Shown here piece by piece: positions 12,314 through 24,568 of a DNA stretch of 64,000 nucleotides. Numbering within the stretch: position 1 is the first letter of the stretch; every line of letters starts with the position of its first letter. The position numbers and the translations under genes were made by a program. The DNA is from Octopus vulgaris (lineage: Eukaryota), in NCBI GenBank assembly GCA_951406725.2, contig OX597826.1, positions 46,066,001 through 46,130,000 of the forward strand. Direction: 5' to 3'. The notes under the pieces were generated by a model. That model had not been told where the DNA came from. It ran no database searches and worked only from the letters and a program-made list of their open reading frames with translations.

Positions 12314-12951
12314 TTAACCCTTTCGTTTCCATAAGTCTGTTAAAATACACTGTCTTTGATTAAATTAACTTTTTAAAATAGGCGTAGGAGTGGCTGTGTG
12401 GTAAGTAGCTTGCTAACCAACCACATGGTTCCGGGTTCAGTCCCACTGTGTGGCATCTTGGGCAAGTGTCTTCTGCTATAGCCTCGGGCCGACCAAAGCC
12501 TTGTGAGTGGATTTGGTAGACGGAAACTGAAAGAAGCCTGTCGTATATATGTATAAATATATGTGTGTATGTGTGTGTGTATGTCTGTGTTTGTCCCCCT
12601 AGCATTGCTTGACAACCGATGCTGGTGTGTTTATGTCCCCGTCACTTAGCGGTTCGGCAAAAGAGACCAATAGAATAAGTACTGGGCTTACAAAGAATAA
12701 GTCCCGGGGTCGATTTGATCGACTAAAGGCGGTGCTCCAGCATGGCCGCAGTCAAATGACTGAAACAAGTAAAAGAAAAAGAAAAGAATGAAGAATTTAG
12801 TACAATAACATTGCCGTGAATAAGTTGGCATTTGGAACCTAAACTAACATGAAGTTTTTAAATGAATGTTTAATTTAGATTACTTTAAAACAGGAAGCTT
12901 GTATTATTGACTTGAGAGCAATCTTAGGCAGTTGGGTATCAAAAGGGTTAA
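12314..12951 (+). mobile_element. TTAA (piggyBac-like) MITE, second family, hosting a family A SINE
   Basis: TTAA-CCCTTT ... AAAGGG-TTAA termini. It is inserted into the 3' part of a decayed tRNA-SINE (12187-12313). Confidence 0.75.
12381..12787 (+). mobile_element. SINE family A (young, full length)
   Basis: GGCGTAGGAGTGGCTGTGTGG...GACTGAAACAAGTAAAAGAAAAAG. Confidence 0.92.
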
Positions 12952-12959
12952 ATAAGCAC

Positions 12960-13345
12960 TGTCTGAAATAGTAACTCCGATGGATGTAATATTTTTAAAA
13001 ACACATTATGTATATATCAGAGAGCGGTGGAACTAATTCTAGTAGAAGTTAATGAGAATGTTAGGTTGACTTCTGCCTTGTTAGGCATTACCAATAATGT
13101 ATATTCACTAACAAACAGTATGCTTCAGTGAAATCCATCTCACTGGTTTTGCAAGTAGCTGCCTGGCTGAGAGGAAGTTATCTTAGCATGCTGACAGTGA
13201 GTATATGTTATTGATAATGCCTAATAAGACAGAAATACATCTTACATTTTCATTCATCACTGCTGGAGTGATTTTCGTTTCCCATGGATGTATTCGTATT
13301 GAGTTTTTAAGCACATAACATCCATAGGAAATACTATCTCCAGAT
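12960..13345. mobile_element. Old foldback MITE with long degenerate inverted arms
   Basis: 13071-13109 is complementary to 13196-13234 (transition mismatches only); 12962-13003 is complementary to about 13300-13344. Confidence 0.7.
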
Positions 13346-13777
13346 GACAACCTCTGTAAATTTTTACCTATAACAATGCATTTATATTAAATACAATACA
13401 TAAATGGCTATATATCACGATTACATGGGTCAGATGGAATTAGCTGAGGCAGATTTTCTATGATCAGATGTCTTCCTGTCACTCACCCTTGTTTCCAACA
13501 AAGGTAATATTTTCCTCAAAGCTAAAGTTTTTTTGTTTTTTTTTATAGAAGATTAGAAACAAATGACATTGTTGGTATGACAATGATGATTGTTTAGAAA
13601 TATTGTGCTTACAAATAAACACATATAAAGGCTTCTTGCAGTTTTTCACTTTGGTCAGCCTTGAGGACTGTGCTAGAAGATACTTGTCTAAAGTGTAGCG
13701 CAGCAGAACTGAATCTGAAACCACATGTCTAGAAAGCAAACTTCTTAACCACACTGCTATACAAACGTATATATATG

Positions 13778-14192
13778 GGCGCAGGAGTGGCTGTGTGGTA
13801 AGTAGCTTGCTAACTAACCACATGGTTCCGGGTTCAGTCCCACTGCGTGGCATCTTGGGCAAGTGTCTTCTGCTATAGCCCCGGGCCGACCAATGCCTTG
13901 TGAGTGGATTTGGTAGACGGAAACTGAAAGAAGCCTGTCGTATATATATGTATATATATATAGGTGTGTGTGTGTGTTTGTGTGTCTGTGTTTGTCCCCT
14001 AGCATTGCTTGACAACTGATGCTGGTGTGTTTACGTCCCCGTCACTTAGCGGTTCGGCAAAAGAGACCGATTGAGTAAGTACTGGGCTTACAAAGAATAA
14101 GTCCCGGGGTCGATTTGCTCGACTAAAGGTGGTGCTCCAGCATAGCCATAGTAAAATGACTGAAACAAGTAAAAGAGTAAAGAGTAAAGAGT
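13778..14192 (+). mobile_element. SINE family A (young, full length)
   Basis: GGCGCAGGAGTGG... with an (AAGAGT)n tail. Confidence 0.92.
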
Positions 14193-14221
14193 AATATAAT
14201 TACATATATGCATACATAAAA

Positions 14222-14533
14222 ACTGGCACTTTGTCGGTTACAACGGTGAGGGTTCCAGTTGATCTGATCAGTAGAACAGCTTGACTGTGAAATTAATGTG
14301 CAAGTGGCTGAGTACTCCACAGACACATGTACTCTTAATGTCGTTATCAGGGAGAATTGGTGTGACAAGGGTGGCCCTTTGAAATACAGGTACTACTCAT
14401 TTTTGCCAGTTGAGTGGACTGGAGCAATGTGAAATAAAAGTCTTGCTCAAGAACACAACACATTGCCAGGAAATGAATTCATGATCTTAAGATAGTGAGC
14501 CAAATACTGTAATCACTAAACCACACACCTCCA
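14222..14533 (-). mobile_element. tRNA-derived SINE family D
   Basis: Minus strand TGGAGGTGTGTGGTTTAGTGATT...CTTGAGCAAGACTTTTATTTCAC...CTCCAGTCCACTC. A second copy is at 36262-36568; a variant with a different tail is at 29270-29603 and 59280-59603. Confidence 0.75.
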
Positions 14534-14562
14534 CATACATATATATACTTACATACAAACAC

Positions 14563-14604
<42 letters not shown>

Positions 14605-14746
14605 ATACATGTGTAAATGCATACATTTTCACACACACACATATAGATAGTCAATGGAGAGATAATTGTAACTAAACAAGGGACAACTTTGGATCAAAAG
14701 CAGCTGTACTTGAGATGTGTCAATTATCTAATCAGAAAATAATAAC

Positions 14747-14778
<32 letters not shown>

Positions 14779-15869
14779 TAATAATAATGATAATGCTGAC
14801 AATGAGACTAACAACAACTAAGGATATTCAAACATTAATTTCTATAGTCAATATCATAACAATTCCTAAGGTGATATCTCCCAGTCTTGTATTGACAATA
14901 TCAAATTCATTAATGTAAATGTGAAAAGAAGAAAAAAAAAATGTATGAGACTTTAATAAGACATAAGTTTTTAATTTTTTGTTTATTTGTTATATTTTTT
15001 TTGTCCGTGAGGTGTGGGGGTGGGAGTGGCGGGTTACATTTGCGATAAAAGGTATTCTCAGATTTCACAGAGGTACAAATTTTACGTTCTTTTGTCGTCT
15101 TGTATAGACAAAAATCAAAAATCAAAACAAAAAAAAAAGCTCTTCATTCATCAGGTAGACTGTCCCTAAATATATTCTTGCCATACTTTGAAGAAGCAAA
15201 CAAGTTTTATAATAGAAGTTTAATGAAAGAGGGGAGTGTGTGACAAAGGAAAAAGTCCCACCTCACCACACAACACACATACTTCAAAAATAAATAAAAG
15301 AAAAAACTAAAAGAAAAAGAAAACAATGACAAATTCCTAAGCTCAACCAAAACTCAAGAAAATCCCATCCACTTTAACAACTTTGTATTTGATCAATTTT
15401 CTTTGCTATTCACCTTTCGTAGTTTGTGTTTGGATTATAAATCCCACAGACACCAAGGAATACCACTAAACAGCTGTGCTGAATCAATCCAAGGTTTTGG
15501 CACAATAGTTTCAAGCCAGATATACAGAGGCAGCAGGTGGCAGGTGGCGTGTGGTGGGGTCGGCACAGACACTTTTGATTATCTAATTGCAGCCACCCCT
15601 CAGCTAGCCACCCAAATGATAACAATGCAAGCTGTGTTTGAATTCGGGGTGTCTCGACGGAAAACAAATAAGGTCTGCCTGTCGTAGCAAAGTGACAATA
15701 CCACTGCTATCAGCGTGATATAGTGTTACAGACAAATGTTAAATAAAAGGGTGCAGCAAAAATAAGCTAAGTACGGAAATGAAACTGTACTAGACTGGCT
15801 CACAACACATTAGGTAACAGATATATCTATATGTAATGTATTTTTATGTCGTTATATACATACATATAC

Positions 15870-16206
15870 CTTGACTGGCTTCTGTGCCAGTGGCACGTAA
15901 AAAGCACCATCCGAATGTGGCCGATGCCAGTGCCGCCTTGGCTGGCTTCTGTGCCGGCACGTAAAAAGCACCATCCGAACGTGGCCAATGCCAGTGCTGC
16001 CTTGACTGGCTTCTGTGCTGGTGGCACGTAAAAAGCACCCACTACACTCATGGAGTGGTTGGTGTTAGGAAGGGCATCCAGCTGTAGAAACACTGCCAGA
16101 TCAGACTGGAGCCTGGTGCAGCCTCCTGGCTTCCCAGACCTCGGTCGAACTGTCCAACTCGTGCTAGCACGGAAAACGGACGTTAAATGATGATGATGAT
16201 GATGAT
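15870..16206 (+). mobile_element. SINE-like family C
   Basis: Subrepeats GTGCCGGCACGTAAAAAGCACC, then GGTTGGTGTTAGGAAGGGCATCCAGCTGTAG and a (GAT)n tail. Confidence 0.85.
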
Positions 16207-16449
16207 ACCTATACATATATCTGTCCATCTATCTGTACATCATCATCATAATTTAATGCAGGTATGAGTTGGATGGTTTGACTAAAGCTAGCAAGCAGGA
16301 GAGCAGCACATGGTTCCAGTATCATTTGGCCTGATTCCTACACCTTGACACCATCTTACAGTGTGGTGGGTGCTCTTTATGTGGCACCAGTATGAGTTCT
16401 ATTAAGTGGTGCCAGCATGGAGTTTTTATATATTGGCATAGGAGTGGCT

Positions 16450-16977
16450 GTGAGACCCATATTGGAGTACGGGATTCAAGCTTCTTCTCCTTATCTCCTC
16501 AAAGACATACATCATCTCGAAAGAGTCCAGAAGCTGGCTACCCACATGGTTCTTGGTCTCAAGCATTTGTCTTATGAAGAAAGGCTGAAGACGCTCGACC
16601 TTTATTCTCTAGAAAAACGCCGTCGCCGTGGTGATCTCATTCTTGCTCACAACATCATAAGCGGAAAGTGTAACCTCTCGAAAGAGCTGTTCTTCACTCC
16701 TGCTCCAGAGCGTCGGCTGCGGGGTCACTCCGCAAAGCTCTATCTGTGACGATTTCATCTCAATCGAAGGAGAGGGGTTTTCTCTGTCCGGGTTGCGGAT
16801 CCGTGGAATAAGCTGCCGGACGAGATAGTGAAGATGCCGACGACCACTCGGTTCAAAGTCTCCCTGGACCAGAAATGGCTTGAACTCTTTGCATGAACAC
16901 CACCCAGTACATAACTCCATGTCCCCCTACATGGCCTTGCTTTTTGCTTTTTGAGCCAAAAAATTCACTTAACTTAA
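16450..16977 (+). mobile_element. 5'-truncated CR1-clade LINE (ORF2 C-terminus plus 3' UTR)
   Basis: VRPILEYGIQASSPYLLKDIHHLERVQKLAT...LSYEERLKTLDLYSLEKRRRRGDLI...RLRGH...WNKLP, typical of CR1 ORF2 ends. One internal TGA at 16747, natural stop at 16894-16896, short CTTAA-type tail. Confidence 0.92.
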
Positions 16978-17512
16978 GTAGCTTGCTTACAAACCAGGTT
17001 CATAAGCAAGCTTATGGTTCCAGGTTCAGTCCCACTGTGTGAATGTGTATGTATGTATCTATGTTTGAGTCTCCTTATCTCAACATCATGTACTGTTGTA
17101 AATGAATGAAAGAACATGCCTAACCATAGGGAAATATTACCATGCATGGAAAAAAGGTAAAGGATTGTAACAGGAAGGGCATCCAGCTACAGAAAACCTG
17201 CCTAAATAAGCTCTGTTCAGCTTGTCGCCAAACCCACATCAAACCAGGGCTTATAGTCCTGTGAAATGCATGGCAGCCTCAGTAGTTCAGATGGTACAAA
17301 AGAAAAGTCCCCCCCCCCCCAGTCTACACTGTAAAATGGTTAGTATTAAGAATAGAATCCAGCTGCGAGAAAAACCATGCCAAAGTAAGTCAGTGGAGCT
17401 CAATGCAGTCCCTGGACATAGCAGATCCTATCAAGCAGTCAAACTCATGGAGTATGGACATTAAATGATGATAACTAACATACATACATACATACATATA
17501 TATATTTAGACA

Positions 17513-18645
17513 TGCGGCGAGCTGGCAGAAACGTTAGCATGCCGAGCGAAATGCGTAGCCGTATTTCGTGTGCTGTTACGTTCTGAGTTCAAATTCCGCC
17601 GAGGTCGACTTTGCCTTTCATCCTTTTGGGGTCAATAAATTAAGCACCAGTTACGCACTGGGGTCGATATAATCGACTTAATCCGTTTGTCTGTCCTTGT
17701 TTATCCCCTCTGTGTTTAGCCCCTTGTGGGTAGTAAAGAAATAGGTATTTCTTCTGCTGCTACGTTTTGAGTTCAAATTCCGCCGAGGTCGACTTTGCCT
17801 TTCATCCTTTCGGGGTCGATAAATTAAGTACCAGTTACGCACTGGGGTCGATATAATCGAATTAATCCGTTTGTCTGTCCTTGTTTATCCCCTCTGTGTT
17901 TATCCCCTCTGTGGGTAGTAAAGAAATAGGTATTTCTTCTGCTGCTACGTGAGTTCAAATTCCGCTGAGGTCGACTTTGCCTTTCATCCTTTCGGGGTCG
18001 ATAAATTAAGTACCAGTTACGCACTGGGGTCGATATAATCGAATTAATCCGTTTGTCTGTCCTTGTTTATCCCCTCTGTGCTTAGCCCCTTGTGGGTAGT
18101 AAAGAAATAGGTATTTCTTCTGCTGCTACGTTTTGAGTTCAAATTCCGTCAAGGTCGACTTTGCCTTTCATCCTTTCGGGGTCGATAGATTAAGTACCAG
18201 TTATGCACTGGGGTCGATATAATCGACTTAATCCGTTTGTCTGTCCTTGTTTATCCCCTTGTGGGTAGTAAAGAAATAGGTATTTCTTCTGCTGCTACAT
18301 TTTGAGTTCAAATTCCGCCGAGGTCGACTTTGCCTTTCATCCTTTCGGGGTCGATAAATTAAGTACCAGTTACGCACTGGGGTCAATATAATCGACTGAA
18401 TCTGTTTGTCTGTCCTTGTTTATCCCCTCTGTGTTTAGCCCCTTGTGGGTAGTAAAGAAATAGGTATTTCTTCTGCTGCTACGTTTTGAGTTCAAATTCC
18501 GCCGAGGTCGACTTTGCCTTTCATCCTTTCGGGGTCGATAAATTAAGTACCAGTTACGCACTGGGGTCGATATAATCGGCTTAATCCGTTTGTCTGTCCT
18601 TGTTTATCCCCTCTGTGTTTAGCCCCTTGTGGGTAGTAAAGAAAT
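17513..18645 (+). mobile_element. SINE family B (tRNA-like head, Meta/MESC-like core) as one head plus six tandem ~184-bp body units, with 17-bp TSD
   Basis: GAGTTCAAATTCCG recurs at about 17585, 17769, 17951, 18135, 18304 and 18488. Core CTTTGCCTTTCATCCTTTCGGGGTCGATAAATTAAGTACCAG. ATATATATATTTAGACA flanks both sides (17496-17512 and 18644-18660). Monomeric diverged copies at about 19892, 23894, 24580 and 37150. Confidence 0.9.
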
Positions 18646-18921
18646 ATATATATTTAGACACAAAGTGAGTGACTGAGCGAGAGAGAAAGGGGGGGAGAGG
18701 GTCTCGTCACTTTCAAACTTTGTCACCAGTGCAATATAATATAATATAATATAATACAGTATTATAAAATTATAAAATACTTGAATTTTTATTTTACTCG
18801 ATATGCAAGAGAGATGAATGGAAGATTTTGTGTTTTTCTTGGTGTACTGAACACGACAATTTCTACACAGTCGGCTTATTCAGTGACTGGGTGCAATGAT
18901 AAATTGGTCAAGCAAAGCATA

Positions 18922-18952
<31 letters not shown>

Positions 18953-19127
18953 ATGCATGTAAATGAATGTTTGAGTGTGTGTGTGTATATATATATATAT
19001 ATGTATGTATATGTGTAGATATATATGTGTGAGTGTGTTGTTAATCTTTGTAAAAGACATTAAAACAGGCCAAAATTGGGAAAATTCACATAAAGACTTA
19101 TATAAAGGTTGTTTCTAGTTTCCATCA

Positions 19128-19151
19128 ATAATGATAATAATAATAATAATG

Positions 19152-19212
<61 letters not shown>

Positions 19213-19600
19213 TGATAAAAACCATTAGAAAATACAAACAACAACATCTAATTTCACTATACGAATTTTATATTCATGTATGCATCAATTCTCCTAGTAA
19301 CCATACACTGTTGTTTAGTATTGTTTCTTTAAAATTCTTGATTATGCTGATAATGGTGGTGGTAGTAGTGGTGATAATAATGATGGTGATGATGGTGGTG
19401 GTGGTAGTGGTGATAATAATGATGGTGATGATGGTGGTGGTGGTGATGATGGTGATGGTGATGATGATGATGGTGGTGATGGTGGTGGTGGCAGTGACAA
19501 TGATAATGGTTGTAGTGATACAGGAAATGAAGATGATGATGTCGATGACAATAATGTTGATGGCAATTATGATGATGATGATGAGGAGGAGGAAGAGCAG
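19128..19600. repeat. Trinucleotide microsatellite complex (ATA)n / (GTG,GAT)n
   Basis: Direct inspection; source of the spurious poly-I/V/M/H ORFs. Confidence 0.95.
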
Positions 19601-21384
19601 GGAGAAGATAGAGAAACAAATCCTTGGGGTTTGCATAGCCTCCATGATTGAAGGGGTCAAAAATAATGCTTATTTAGTCACATTGTTTTGAATTAATCAT
19701 ATATTAACTAATTGCTTTGAGATTTCGATGATGTGATTGTTTATTTTTAGAATGAGATTGTGGGGTAGGTGTAAGAGATCAGATCTGGGCAGTTTGAACA
19801 TAAAACTGGGAAAATATTTGGGCCAGATAGGACCTAATTAAATGCTAAAGAGTTAAGGAGCTAAAGTGGTCACATTATTAACTGTCTTTTAGGGCAGTGA
19901 GCTGGCAGAAATGTTAGTACGCCAGGCGTCTGTCTTTACATTCTGAGTTCAAATTCTGCCATGGGTGACTTTGCTTTTCATTCTTTCGGTGTTGATAAAT
20001 TGAGTACCAGTTGCATACTGGGGTCGATCTAATTGACTGCCGCCCCCATCCAAAAAATGACAGCTGTGTGTCATTCAATATTCATTCATGTCAAAGGTGA
20101 AACAGCAGTAGCTTTAACTTTCACAAGGGTCTGGCTGGAAGGGGAAGAAACTGCGAGTCAAGAGTTGCTGAAGTATAGCCTAGTGCTTAGAATATTGGCT
20201 TCAGATTCATAAGATTGTTAGTTCAATTCCAGTACTGGGCAGCATACTATGTCCTGGAACAAGGTACATGATGCACCAGTCTACTGAACTAAAAGTGAGT
20301 ACCAGCCAATTGCTGGCACCACATTTCTCTCTTCCTTGTTACATCCTTGATATTTCTTTATATCAAGACTAGTATACGGTTGGGAAAGTATCTATGCCTT
20401 CTTATGACTAAACAGGCACCTAAAACAATTATTGAAGCATGGTACATACTATCAAGTCATACTGGTTTGCAAGTGACAACTAAGCAATGCTTTGCATGTA
20501 TTTTACCACTGTAATTAACCCAGCTGGAAGTCAGTAGAAGCTAGTGGGTGAACCAGAGAATGGAACAGCCTCCGGAGGCATCACTGCCATATCTGATTGT
20601 CGAAGTAGTTCCTCTGTGGAGGAAGGTATTTACAGGAGAGTCACCTTTACTTGTACCCTTTAACAAATAGGGACACCATACTAAGAATGTATAGTAAAGA
20701 AAAAGCATCACATAATGCTGAGATATCCTCAACTCAAAAGAAACCCAGTTCTGAATGTCCATAACAGAGTGGACTCCACTACAAGTGCAGGAACCCAATG
20801 GCCAAATGGCAGCATTAAATCAGAGATCGGATTAAGTTTAACAAATCAAGGCGGCAAGCCGCAACAAGATAAGGAGAGCAACAAATAAAATTTCCATTGT
20901 AGCGTCATTTTCTTAAAATTTTTTTTTTTTTTTCCCTCCAAGTCACTTAACAAAGAAAGAGTTATTTAGTAATGGAAACAGTCCTTTACAACGAAGTGTG
21001 AAAAAGGGGAAAGAAAGGGGAGAGGCTGGGGAGAGAGTGCCGTTTTTAACTGTGCTTAGTAAACGGCAGCAGTTAGCAGCTATTACATTGCAAAGATTGA
21101 TGTAGATAAACAAGGGAAAGTAGCTTAAATAAACATTTAGAGGATCAATGTGTGTTACAGATAGAACCAATCATTGGTTTTGTATATGTAGACGCACTCG
21201 TATACATAAACAAACAAGCATGCACAGATACACGCGTACATAACGTGCATACCTAAATGCTATGTGCATAAACACACACACACACACACAGAGTATCTGT
21301 ATTTATATAAACATGGCTTCATTCACATACATGAATATATATATATATATATATATATAATATACACAGACACATAGATGTATA

Positions 21385-21422
<38 letters not shown>

Positions 21423-22128
21423 CATCTGTGTGTATATTATATATATAATATACACACACATAGATGTATATGCATATATATATAAAGTATGTATGTATAT
21501 TTTGGGAAAATGTGTATTATACACATCTATGATCAGTCATACATGTGCAAGCAATTTCTCAACATATATACGTGTATTTGTATCTACATATACACCCATA
21601 TGCACACACATACACACGCACATATCACATATAAACAAACATGCTCATCTCCCATTCAATGAATATATATATATATATATACACACACATATCTATCTAT
21701 ATATATATATATATATATATACATACACATAAACATATATGCATACATATATATATTACAAACACATACACACATGCACCCTTCCTCACATACAGACATA
21801 CACATCCTAAGTATTTCAAGTATTTCAAGTAAAAATGAGAAGAATATTATTGGAAGTTTTGGCGAGTCTGGGGAGTGCAAAGTAATTTTATTAGTAAGTA
21901 ACGTAAACCAGTGTTGGTGTTGCCGTTGTTGTTGTTATTGTCGGTGGTGCCGGTGTTGTGGGTGGAGGATGGGATGCAGAGTGGGGGTGGGGGGAACGTG
22001 TATGGAAGCACAGAGAAAAGAAAGGGTTGCACAAAAACGGGATAAAACATAGACACACTGATACACAGAAGCAACAACTAGCTGATACATAAATACATAC
22101 ATATATATATATATATATATACCTCAAC

Positions 22129-22179
<51 letters not shown>

Positions 22180-22988
22180 GATACACACACACACATATAC
22201 ATACATACATGCATACATATACACAGAGAGTTTTGATATCAACGATCTGGCTGGAAACACTTCTAGGCTTTGATTTTCCTTCAAAAATGAAGTTTGTTTG
22301 ACACAATCAGCTTCCATGTTATTTGTAATGAAAACAACGAGGGGGTGTGATATGAAGATTATAGCATGGTGGTGGTGGTGGTGATAAGGAAATGGTGGCA
22401 ATGGGGGTGGATAACTTAGGGTGTACATAGCAGGGCAGTGGTGGCGGTGGTGGTGGTGTGTGTTTTGATCTTAGTCACTGTTTTGCATTGATAAAACCGA
22501 TACCTACAAGGAGAGCAGAGGCTGCCTTGCGGTATCATATTGCTGAATGATGAGTCTCTTGTAGTAAATGTTTACGATATGACAAACATTGGTTAATAGA
22601 GGGGAAACCTGAGGAGACAATAACACAAGTTTCATATTGGAGCCTGAATGAAAACAGCAGAGAAGAACCATGAGACTTTCTACACAGAGAGAGAGAAAGA
22701 GAGATTGATAAAACGATGGGCTTCCATGCAGTTGCAGTTATTATCTACGAAATTCATTGACCAGGCTTTTAGTCAGTCTGGAGCAGTAGTAGTAGAAGAC
22801 ACTTACATGAGGTGGTGCTACAGTGGGACTGAATCTGAAACCACATGGCTGCAAAGCCAAGCTTCTTCACTGCTCAGCCATGATTGCACCTTGGGTGGGG
22901 TTGTTTCCATGCCGCCAGCATTAAAGAGGTTGTCATAGCCCTTAGAGTCCGCTTCAACCCTGTCTGGTCTCTGTTCTATACAGCAACC

Positions 22989-23023
<35 letters not shown>

Positions 23024-23360
23024 ATCTTTGTGTTAGTATCCCCACCACTCCTTGACAATCAATGTTGGTTTGTTTACATCCCTGTAACTAAGTGGTCTAA
23101 TGAAAAAGACCTGTGATTTGGGCTTTAATGAAACCAAAATGATTCTTATTTCTTTATCTTTTTATTCAAGTGAAAAGGACAATACCCTTGACTCTTTATA
23201 GGGTCTCCAAGATTAGCGGAAGAGGAGGAAGATGGTATCCTCAAACCAGATGTGACAAATAGTCGAAATAAAAACTCTTCTAAAAACACCCTAGGTGCTA
23301 AGTGATGGATGGATTAACTAAGCATAACTAGTTAATCCAGCCATCCTGTAACTAAGTGGT

Positions 23361-23587
23361 TTAACCCTTTAGCATTCAGATTATTCTATCAAACATAATG
23401 CTTATTGATTCACATTGATTTGAATTAATCATGCATTATCTCATATCTTCAAGATCTTGATGGTGTAATTACTTAATGTAGAATAACATTGTAGGGTAGT
23501 TGTGAGAGCCTGGATCTGGTCAGTTTGAACATAAAACAGATGAAATATTTTGGCCGGATATGGCCGGTTTAAATACTAAAGGGTTAA
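23361..23587 (+). mobile_element. TTAA (piggyBac-like) MITE, intact
   Basis: TTAA-CCCTTTAGCATT ... AATACTAAAGGG-TTAA. A 5'-truncated copy is at about 19664-19856. Confidence 0.85.
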
Positions 23588-24387
23588 TGAAGTAGACCCA
23601 GCACCAGACTTAATATTAGTACTGGGGTCGATTTGTTCAACTAAACCAGAAAAAGAAAAGTATGCTTAGTAAACTGGTTAGCATTAGGAAGAGTACCCAG
23701 GGGTATCTAGAGACTGCTTTTGAATCTATTTAGAAATCAATATGACACTGGTATGAGAGTGTACCAAACGTAGACCATACTGTTTAGGAATTCCATGTCA
23801 GAGATGTTCTTATTCTGTTCAAGAAGGTTAACAAGTGACAATTTGTAATACTTCCAGAAGTTTCTTCTAGTCACTAATATAATCCAGCTAAAAGTGGCAA
23901 AATGGCAGAATTGTTAGCATGCTGGGAAAAACGCTTCACAGCATTTTGTCTGTCTTTGTGTTCTGTATTCAAGTTCCTCCGAGGTCGACGTTGCTTTTCA
24001 TCCTTTTAGGGGGTCAATAAAATAAGTACCCGTTGAGCACTGGGGTTGATGGAACTGACTTACCCCCAGCCCCCGAAATTGCTGGCCCTGTACCAAAATT
24101 TGAAATTAATATAATCCAGCTATACATTCTAATGCTTTGATGTCTTTGTTCTGACAGTCAGAAGAACTCTAAGTTCAACTTGCACTGAGATTACCAACAT
24201 GTCTAAAAAAGACTGGTGCAAGTGTAAAGGTAGAACACCTATAAAATTAACATTGCTCAAAACTGCAAGAATTCTTCATAGAGTTCTTGAAGCAAGACCA
24301 GTGAACAACTGTCACTTCAGTCTGCTAGCTGAGGACAGTTGACACTTTCCATCATACCCAGCAAAATAAGCTGTGAGTTTTCATCAC

Positions 24388-24439
<52 letters not shown>

Positions 24440-24480
24440 TAATAATAATAATGATAATAATAATAATAATGATAATAATG

Positions 24481-24538
<58 letters not shown>

Positions 24539-24568
24539 TAGTATTAATAATGATAATAATAAAAATAA
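24388..24568. repeat. (AAT)n/(GAT) microsatellite
   Basis: Direct inspection. Confidence 0.97.

Noticed and set aside
17566-18645. CRISPR-like array or hammerhead retrozyme
   Set aside because: Eukaryotic context, units are whole repeats without unique spacers, and no CUGANGA/GAAA core was found on either strand.
20541-20798. 85-aa ORF in non-repetitive sequence
   Set aside because: No recognisable domain on either strand and no ATG or splice support.
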